Positions 30,986 to 39,900 of a DNA stretch of 64,000 bases are shown one piece after another (position 1 is the stretch's first letter; each line of letters opens with the position of its first letter). The notes beneath the pieces are model-generated. The model had not been told where the DNA came from. It was given only the letters and a program-made list of their open reading frames with translations, and ran no database searches. The position numbers and the translations under genes were made by a program. Source of the stretch: Patescibacteria group bacterium (GTDB taxonomy: Bacteria; Acidobacteriota; Polarisedimenticolia; Gp22-AA2); contig DASRAN010000074.1 of NCBI GenBank assembly GCA_035638115.1, forward strand, positions 26,062 to 90,061, written 5' to 3'.

Positions 30986-31543
30986 GTGGCGCTGACGGCG
31001 ACGATTCATGCGTTCGAGATCGAGCTGGCCGACACCGACCGCGGCGTCTACGAGACCCTCTCGCTGCGCGCGGCGCGGCACCCGTCGGAGACCGAGGAGT
31101 CCCTGATCACGCGGGTGCTCGCCTACTGCCTCGAGTACACGGAAGGGATCGGCTTCGCGAACGGGCTCCCGGGCCCCGACGAGCCGGCCATCGCGGTGCG
31201 CGATCTCACCGGCGCGCTGCGCGTCTGGATCGACGTCGGTGCGCCCGACGCCGCGCGCCTGCACAAGGCCGGCAAGGCGGCGCCGCGCGTGGCCGTCTAC
31301 ACGCACAAGGATCCGGTCCTGCTCGTCCGCCAGTGGTCGCGCGAGCGCATCCACCGGGCGGACCAGCTCGAGCTGTACAGCTTCGGCCGCGCGCTGCGCG
31401 ACGGTCTCCTGGCGCATCTGAAGCGCCGCACGGTCATGGCGCTCACCGTGGCCGGCGGACAGCTGCACGTCACCATCGAGGGCGAGGTCATCGAAGGCCG
31501 CGTCGAGCGTCACGAGCTGGGGCGCGCCGGCGACGCCCGATGA
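30986..31543 (+). CDS. yaeQ: YaeQ family protein
   Basis: ALTATI...D.DRGVY...ARHPSET...RVLAY...DEP...WIDVG.P; GGAGG RBS. Confidence 0.93.
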   Translation: MALTATIHAFEIELADTDRGVYETLSLRAARHPSETEESLITRVLAYCLEYTEGIGFANGLPGPDEPAIAVRDLTGALRVWIDVGAPDAARLHKAGKAAPRVAVYTHKDPVLLVRQWSRERIHRADQLELYSFGRALRDGLLAHLKRRTVMALTVAGGQLHVTIEGEVIEGRVERHELGRAGDAR

Positions 31544-31746
31544 ACGGCACGGCGTCGCTCGTCTGGGACATCCTGTTCGGCGCGGTCGGGGGCGGGTATT
31601 TCATCTACGGCAAGAAGCAGCAGGAGCCGCTCCCCATGCTCTGCGGGTTCGGGCTGATGATCTATCCGTACTTCGTCTCGAACACCGTCCTCCTGGTCGT
31701 CATCGGAGCGATCCTGATGGCGATCCCGTTTCTCTTCAGGGACTGA
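31540..31746 (+). CDS. Small (68 aa) membrane protein
   Basis: ATGA overlap with the yaeQ stop; reads MNGTASLVWDILFGAVGGGYFIYGKKQ...YPYFV. Confidence 0.8.
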   Translation: MNGTASLVWDILFGAVGGGYFIYGKKQQEPLPMLCGFGLMIYPYFVSNTVLLVVIGAILMAIPFLFRD

Positions 31747-31852
31747 GCGGGACGCTTTCCGCGGGCGCCCGGACCGGGACGATGAGGTACTGTATGCGGG
31801 CGGTATCGACGTCGCGGGGCCGCCACGGTCTCGGAATGAGAGGAGGCATCCC

Positions 31853-31984
31853 ATGCTGCGCAGGCTGATGATGATCGCCGGATTGCTGCTGCTCGGGTCG
31901 TCCGCGGCGCTGGCGGGGCCCTTCTACATGAGCGACGTCGACGAGCTGACGCAGACGAGCGCGGGCGTCGATTTTCGTTTCTGA
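31853..31984 (+). CDS. 43-aa ORF: signal peptide plus short acidic peptide ending GVDFRF
   Basis: AGGAGG RBS with 6-nt spacing; MLRRLMMIAGLLLLGSSAALAGPFYMSDVDELTQTSAGVDFRF*. Below the ORF-track length cut-off. Confidence 0.6.
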   Translation: MLRRLMMIAGLLLLGSSAALAGPFYMSDVDELTQTSAGVDFRF

Positions 31985-31994
31985 ACGGAGATGA

Positions 31995-33836
31995 ATGCCC
32001 CGACCGGCGCTCGTCAACTGCGAGGACCTCACCAAGTCGTTCGGCGGGCCGCCGCTGTTCGAGGGGCTGACGTTCGCCCTTCACGAGGGCGATCACCTCG
32101 GGCTGGTCGGCCCGAACGGCGCGGGGAAGTCGACGCTCCTGAAGATCCTCGGCGGTCTCGAGACCGCCGACTCGGGGAGCTGCGCGCGCCGCAAGGGGAT
32201 CCGGGTCGGTCACGTCCCGCAGACGCCGGTCTTCGAGGCGGACAGGACGGCTGAAGAGATCGTCGCGGAAGCGGTCGCCACCGACCACCGGCTGGACGAT
32301 CACGAGCGGCACCGCTCCGTCAGCCTGGCGCTGCGCAAGGCGGGGTTCGCCGATCCCGAAGTCTCCACCAGCGTCCTCTCGGGGGGCTGGCGCGCCAGGC
32401 TGGCCATCGCGCGCGAGCTCGCCCGCGCGCCCGACCTGCTCCTGCTCGACGAGCCGACCAACCATCTCGACATCGACTCGATCCTCTGGCTCGAGGATCT
32501 CCTGACCCAGCAGACCGGCACGTTCGTGGTCATCAGCCACGACCGCTACTTTCTCGAGCGCGTCGCGCGCCGGATGCTGGAGATCAACCGTCTCCACGAC
32601 TCGGGGCTCTTCGAGGTCGCCGGAACGTACGCCGACTTCCTGGAGGCGCGCGATGCCGCGCTGAGCAACCAGGAGGCCTACCGCGACACCCTGGCCGGCC
32701 TGGTCCGCAAGGAGGTGGCCTGGCTGCGCCGCGGCGCCAAGGCGCGGACGTCCAAGTCGAAGGCGCGCATCCAGTCGGCGGAGCGCAGCATCGAGGAGCT
32801 CGCGGCGGCGCGCGCCCGCAGCGTCGCCCCGACCGTCGACATCGAGTTCTCCGCCTCCGGACGGAAGACGAAGCGGCTCTGGGCCTGCGAAGGCCTGCGG
32901 ATCGCGTTCGGCCCGGCCCCGATCATCGAGAACCTCGATCTTCTTCTGACGCCGGGCATGCGGTGCGGCGTCATCGGCCCCAACGGGTCGGGCAAGACGT
33001 CTCTCTTGAGAGCCATCGTCGGAGAGCTGCCCCCCGCGGCGGGGACCATCCGCCCCGCCGAGGGGCTGCGGGTCGTCTATTTCGACCAGAACCGGGAATC
33101 CCTCGACCCGTCGCTCACGCTCAAGCGGGCGCTCGCGCCCGCCGGCGACAGCGTCATCTACCGCGATCGCGCCCTGCACGTCGCGTCGTGGGCGAAGCGC
33201 TTCCTGTTCCGTCCCGCGCAGCTCGAGACTCCGGTCTCCCGCCTGTCGGGAGGCGAGCGCGCCCGGATCGTCCTCGCCCGGATGATGCTCCAGCCCGCCG
33301 ACCTCCTGGTCCTCGACGAGCCGACGAACGACCTCGACATCCCGGCGCTCGAGGTCCTCGAGGAGGCGCTGCTCGAGTTCCCCGGCGCCCTCGTGATGGT
33401 CAGCCACGATCGCTTCCTTCTCGATCGCGTGTCGACCCAGATCATCGCGCTCGACGGCCGGGGCGGCGCGCAGCACTTCGCCGACTACGATCAATGGGAG
33501 TCGAACCGCCCGGTGCCCGGCCGCCCCGGGAGAGCCGGCGCGCGCGCCACCGCCGAGAAGGCGATCGCGCCGGGCGCGGCCACCCCGTCGGCGAAGACGC
33601 GGGCCTCGAACGCGAAACGCCTCAGCTATCTCGAGCAGCGCGAGTGGTCCGGCATCGAGGCCGCGGTGCTCGACGCCGAGACGCGGCTCGCCGAAGCGCA
33701 CCGTCGCGCCGAGGATCCCGCCATCGCGACGGACGCGGTCCTGCTGCAGGAGCGTCTGACGCAGCTCGAGACCCTCAGGGCCGAAGTCGACCGCCTCTAC
33801 GCCCGCTGGGCCGTCCTGGAAGAGAAACTGAAGTAG
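31995..33836 (+). CDS. uup: ABC-F ATPase, Uup-like
   Basis: Two ABC cassettes; linker EVAWLRRGAKARTSKSKARI; C-terminal KRLSYLEQREW...LYARW coiled coil. Confidence 0.9.
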   Translation: MPRPALVNCEDLTKSFGGPPLFEGLTFALHEGDHLGLVGPNGAGKSTLLKILGGLETADSGSCARRKGIRVGHVPQTPVFEADRTAEEIVAEAVATDHRLDDHERHRSVSLALRKAGFADPEVSTSVLSGGWRARLAIARELARAPDLLLLDEPTNHLDIDSILWLEDLLTQQTGTFVVISHDRYFLERVARRMLEINRLHDSGLFEVAGTYADFLEARDAALSNQEAYRDTLAGLVRKEVAWLRRGAKARTSKSKARIQSAERSIEELAAARARSVAPTVDIEFSASGRKTKRLWACEGLRIAFGPAPIIENLDLLLTPGMRCGVIGPNGSGKTSLLRAIVGELPPAAGTIRPAEGLRVVYFDQNRESLDPSLTLKRALAPAGDSVIYRDRALHVASWAKRFLFRPAQLETPVSRLSGGERARIVLARMMLQPADLLVLDEPTNDLDIPALEVLEEALLEFPGALVMVSHDRFLLDRVSTQIIALDGRGGAQHFADYDQWESNRPVPGRPGRAGARATAEKAIAPGAATPSAKTRASNAKRLSYLEQREWSGIEAAVLDAETRLAEAHRRAEDPAIATDAVLLQERLTQLETLRAEVDRLYARWAVLEEKLK

Positions 33837-33993
33837 AGCGCCCGGACGGCCGCCGTCCGACTACAATGGTTCGCAATCCAGCAAGAGCGCGAGACGTCGC
33901 GCGTCCCGGCGCGGCCTCGACTCACGGCTTCCGCCGGACGCCGGGCCGTCGTCACGATCGCTGCCCCCTAACGTCACGGGATGGAAGCGCGCC

Positions 33994-36900
33994 ATGAAGG
34001 TTTCCGCCGTCATCGACAGAGTGTCACCCGCGGAGGAGCCGATCCGGGCCGAGCTGTTCGGCATCGAGCGGCTGGAAGAACACGCCGAGAGCCTGGCGGT
34101 GGCCCACCGCGCCGCCGGGTCTCCCCCGCGCGGGCGGAACATCCTTCCCAGGGTTCGCGACAATGCGCACGTGCTGCTGGCCGGATACCGGAGCATCGCG
34201 GCGACGGTCCTGGCGAAGCACGAGATCACGCCCGCCGCGGAGTGGATCCTCGACAATTTCCACGTCGTCGACGATCAGCTGCGGGGGATCCGCGACCACC
34301 TGCCGGGGAGCTACTACCGTCTCCTGCCGAAGATCGCCGCCGGACATCTCGCGGGATACCCGCGCGTGTACGGCCTCGCATGGGCCTACGTCGCCCACAC
34401 CGACAGCCGCTTCGAGATGGAGACGCTGCGGCGATTCGTCCGGGCCTACCAGCGCGTCTCTCCGCTGACCATCGGAGAGATCTGGGCGGTCGCCATCCAT
34501 CTCCGGGTGGCGCTGGTCGAGAACCTGCGACGCCTGTCGCAGCTGATCATCGGCTCCCGCGAGGAAAGGGCCCGGGCCGACGCGCTCGCGGACCGGCTGC
34601 TGGGCCTAGGCGAAAAGCCCCCGGAGCGCCCGAACGAGGTCTTGAGGGGCCTGGGCGGCGCTCCGCTGACCCGCGCGTTCGCGGTGCAGCTCGTGCAGCG
34701 GCTGCGCGGCCAGGATCTTTCGATCATGCCGGCGCTGGAGTGGCTCGAGAAGACGCTCTCCGCGCAGGGGACCTCGGCCGACGAGCTGGTCGCCCAGGAG
34801 CACCAGTCCCAGGCCGCGGGCAACGTCACCGTCCGCAACATCATCACCAGCATGCGATGGATGTCCTCCATCGACTGGACCGAGTTCTTCGAGAGCGTCA
34901 GCCTGGTGGACGAGGTCCTGCGCACCGCACCCGGATATGCCGCCATGGACTTCACGACCCGGGATAGGTACCGCGCCCGGATCGAGCTGCTGTCCCGGCG
35001 ATCGAAGCATTCCGAGATCGAGGTGGCGCGCGAAGCGGTGCTCCTGGCCCGGGACGCTTCCGTGAAGAACGGGCGGACGGAGACGCTCCCCGGCGTTCCC
35101 GACCGGGCCGAGAGCGACCCCGGCTATTACATCGTGGCCGGAGGACGGAGGGCGTTCGAGAGCCGGCTGGGGTTCCGCGTCCCCCTGAAGATCCGCCTCC
35201 GCCGCGCCCATCGCGCCATCGGGATGATCGGCTACCTGGGAGGGATCGCGGTCCTCACGGCCCTCGTGCTCTCGTTGCCTCTGTCCCTGACCTGGAGCGC
35301 GGGAGCGGCCGCCTGGACTCTCGTCCTCCTGGGGATCCTCGGCCTGGTGCCGGCCTCGGACATCGCAGTGGCTCTCATCCATCGCCTGGTTCCGTTTCTC
35401 GTGCCGCCGCGACTGCTCCCCAAGCTCGAGCTCGCCCAGGGAGTGCCGCCGGAGCTGCGCACCCTGGTCGCCGTGCCCACGATGCTCGCGCGCCAGGCCG
35501 ACATCGAAGGACAGCTCGAGCGTCTCGAGGTCCACCATCTGGCGAACCCGGAAGGTCATCTCCACTTCGCCCTGCTGACGGACTGGACCGACGCGGCCGA
35601 GGAGACGATGCCGGGCGACGCGGAGCTGCTCGCGGCGATGGCCGACGGCATCGCGCGCCTGAATGCGCGCCATGGGAACGCTCCGGACGGTCAGGAGCGC
35701 TTCCTGCTTCTGCATCGCAGGCGGCTCTGGAACGAAAAGGAAGGCAAGTGGATCGGCTGGGAACGGAAGCGCGGCAAGCTCCATGAGCTGAACCGGCTGC
35801 TGCGCGGCGCCCCGGATACCACCTTCCTGTCCATCAATGACCGGCCGCCGCCGGTGCCGCCGGGAGTCCGGTACGTCATCACGCTGGACGCCGACACGCG
35901 GCTCCCCAGGGGCACCGCCCGGCAGCTGGTGGGCGCGATGGCGCACCCGCTGAACCGTCCCCGCTTCGATCCCAGCAAGGGACGCGTCGTCGAGGGTTAC
36001 GCGATCCTGCAGCCGCGGATCACCCCGTCCCTGCCGACAGGCCCCGCCAGCACGATCTACCAGCGGATCGTCTCCGGTCCCGGTGGCGTCGATCCCTACG
36101 CGGCCGCGGTCTCCGACGTGTACCAGGATCTGTTCGGCGAGGGCTCGTACACGGGCAAGGGCATCTACGACGTCGACGTGTTCGAAGCGGCCCTTGAAGG
36201 CAAGGTCCCGGAGAACACGCTCCTCAGCCACGATCTCTTCGAGAGCTCGTTCGCGCGCGCCGGGCTGGCGACCGACGTCGACCTGTTCGAGGAGTTCCCC
36301 ACCAACTACGAAGTGGATGCGCGCCGCCACCATCGCTGGGCGCGCGGCGACTGGCAGCTCCTGCCCTGGATCCTGGGCCACGCGCGCGACACCGCGGGGG
36401 GGCGGCAGCCGGCCCGGATCCCGATCCATGGCCGCTGGAAGATGCTCGACAACCTGCGTCGCAGCCTGGCCGCGCCCGCGGCGTTCATGGTCGCGGTGGC
36501 CGCCTGGATCCTCCCCGGTGTTCCCCCGCTCTCCTGGACCGCTCTGTTCGTCGGATCCATCGTGCTGCCGGCCCTGATCCCGATCCTCGACGGCCTCCTG
36601 CCGCAGCGCTGGGGTTTCTCCAAGCGGAACCACCTGCGCGCCGTGGGCCACGACGTCCTCATGGCGACGTCGCAGACGCTTCTGGCCGTCACCATGCTGC
36701 CCTACCGGGCCTGGCTGATGACGGATGCGGTCATCCGCACGCTCGTCCGGGTCTACGTCACGAGGCGCAACCTCCTCGAATGGATGACGGCCGCCCGGTC
36801 GGGCCGCCGCGCCGACCTGAGGATCGGGGTCTTCTACTGGCGCCTCCGCTGGGGCGTGCTCCTGGCCGTCGCGGCCGGCCTGCTGGTGGTCGCGCTCAAG

Positions 36901-39900
36901 CCGGCCGCCTGGCCCCTGGCCACGCCGTTCGTGCTCCTCTGGTTGATCTCGCCGCTGCTCGCCTGGCGCCTCAGCATCCCCCCGAAAATCGCCAAGTCGC
37001 AGGTCCTCTCCCCGGAGGAGACGCGCGCCTTCCGGCAGGTCGCGCGGCGCACCTGGCGCTACTTCGAGACCTTCGTGGATCAGGAGAATCACTCGCTGCC
37101 GCTCGACAACTTCCAGGAGGATCCCGATCCGGTCGGTGCGCACCGCACCTCGCCGACGAACCTGGGACTCTACCTGCTCGGCACGACAGTCGCGTGCGAC
37201 TTCGGCTGGATCGGAATCCGGGACCTGGTGGACCGCCTCGAGGCGACGCTCGGAACGATGACCACCCTGCATCGGGTCCATGGGCACTTCGTCAACTGGT
37301 ACGACTCGCGGACCCTCCGGCCGCTCGAGCCGCTGTACGTCTCCACGGTGGACAGCGGCAATCTGGCCGGGCACCTCATCGCCGTCGCCCAGGCCTGCCG
37401 CGAGCTGAGGCAACGTCCGCCGTGCGGTCCAGAGGTTCCCGACGGGATCCGGGACGCTCTCGAGCTGCTTCTCGCCTCGGTCGCGAGGATCGGTCGTCCG
37501 AGACGGGGCAAGAGGGCCGTGGCGGCGCGGCTGCGCGAGACCGCCGAAGCGATGTCGGCCCGTCTCGAGGTGCCGCCGACCTCCGCGCCCGAATGGAGAC
37601 AACGATTCGAGGAGCTGAAGGCGGAGTCGGACAGGCTCGTGGATCTCGCCACCCAGCTCGCGAGCGACGTCGAGGCCGGGGGTCCGGAGGCCGGCGCCCG
37701 GGACGTCGGCGCCCGGGATGTCGGCGCTGGATCGGAGATCGTCGCCTGGGCCGAGGCCGTCCGGGTCACCATCAGGAGCCATGCCCGCGATCTGAGCGGA
37801 GGGGACCCCGGCCTGACGCAGCACCTCTCCGATCTCGCCTCGCTGGCGGAGGACATGGCCCAGGCGATGGAGTTCCGATTCCTCTTCGATCCCGTCCGCA
37901 AGATCTTCTCGATCGGCTACCGCGTGAGCGACGGCACGCTCGATCCGTCCGGCTACGACCTGCTGGCCTCCGAGGCCCGGCTGGCCAGCTTCGTGGCCAT
38001 CGCCAAAGGGGACGTCTCGCCCCTGCACTGGTTCCTCCTCGGCCGCTCCCTCACGCCGGTGGGCCGCGGCGCCGCCCTCGTCTCCTGGTCGGGGTCGATG
38101 TTCGAATACCTGATGCCGCTTCTGGTGATGCGGCAGCCGACACGGAGCCTTCTGGATCTCACCTGCCGCCTCGTGGTCGGGCGCCAGATCCGATACGGCG
38201 CGGAGCGCGGAGTTCCCTGGGGCATCTCGGAATCGGCGTACAACGTGCGCGACGCGGAGCTCACCTATCAGTATTCGGATTTCGGCGTGCCCGGTCTGGG
38301 TCTGAAGCGCGGACTGTTCGAGGACCTGGTGGTCGCTCCCTACGCCACGGCGCTCGCGGCGATGGTGAATCCCCGGGCCGCCCTGGACAATTTTTCACGC
38401 CTCGAGGAGGCGGGGGCCCGCGGCGCCTACGGATTCTATGACGCGCTCGATTACACGCTGTCGCGTCTCCCGGAGGGCAGCCGTCTGGCGGTGGTCCGCG
38501 CCTACATGGCCCATCACCAGGGGATGACCATCGTGTCGATGGGGAACGTGGTCCACGACGGGGCGACCCAGAGGCGCTTTCACTCCCATCCGATGGTCCA
38601 GGCGGCGGAGCTGCTGCTCCAGGAACGGACGCCGCGCTCGGTGGCGGTCACGCGCCCGCGGGGCGAGGAGGTGCGGGAGGCCGCGCACGTCCGCGATCTG
38701 GTGCCCCCCACCCTGCGGCGGTTCGATTCGCCGCACGACATCACGCCCCGCACCCATCTCCTGTCGAACGGCCGTTACACGGTCATGATCACGGCGGCGG
38801 GCTCGGGGTTCAGCCGGTGGGGCGGCCTGGCCGTCACCCGCTGGCGGGAGGACTCGACCCGCGACTGCTGGGGGACGTTCATCTACCTGAGAGACGCCGG
38901 AACGGGGGAGGTCTGGTCCGCGGGTTTCCAGCCGTGCGGGGCCGAAGCGGAACAGTACGAAGTCGTCTACTCCGAGGATCAGGCCCGGATCACGCAGCGC
39001 TCTGCATCCCTCAAGATCGTCCTCGAGATCCTGGTCTCGCCCGAGGACGACGCCGAGCTGCGCCGGGTGACGGTGACCAATCTCGAAGACCGCGATCGCG
39101 AGATCGACTTCACCTCCTACGCCGAAGTGGTGATGGCTCCACAGCCGGCGGATGAGGCCCACCCGGCCTTCTCGAACCTTTTCGTGGAGACGGAGTTCGT
39201 CGCCACGCACGGGACCCTGCTGGCGACGCGGCGCCCCCGTTCCGCCGACGAGCCCCGGGCCTGGCTGGCCCACCTGGCCGCGCCCGACGGCGAGCCGGTT
39301 GATCCTCCCCAGCACGAGAGCGACCGCGCACGCTTCCTGGGCCGGGGCGGCGGCGTCCGGACGCCGCTCGGCGTGAACGGCGGGCGGCCGCTGTCGAACA
39401 CGACGGGGACGGTCCTCGATCCGATCGTGAGCCTGAGGTACAGGATGGCGCTGCCGGCCGGAGGGACCGCCCGTCTCGTGTTCACCACGCTCGTCGCAGG
39501 CTCGCGTGACGCCGCCCTCGAGACCGCGGAGAAGTATCGTCAGCCCGCGACCTTCGAGCGCGCCAGCTCGCTGGCGTGGACCCAGGCGCAGGTCCAGCTG
39601 CACCATCTCCGGATCAGCCGGGACGAGGCGCATCTCTTCCAGCGTCTGGCGAACCGGCTGCTGTACGTCGATCGCACCCTGCGCGCCGGTCATCAGGAGC
39701 GGGCCGCCAATCGCGGCGGGCCGGCGGGGCTCTGGGCCCACGGTCTCTCCGGGGATCTGCCGATCGCCGTGGTGCGCATCGAGACCGACGAGGAGCTCGA
39801 CGTCGCGCGCCAGCTCCTGAGGGCGCACGAGTACTGGCGCTTGAAGGGGATCCCGGCCGACCTGGTGATCCTGAACGCCAAGCGGACCTCCTACGCGCAG

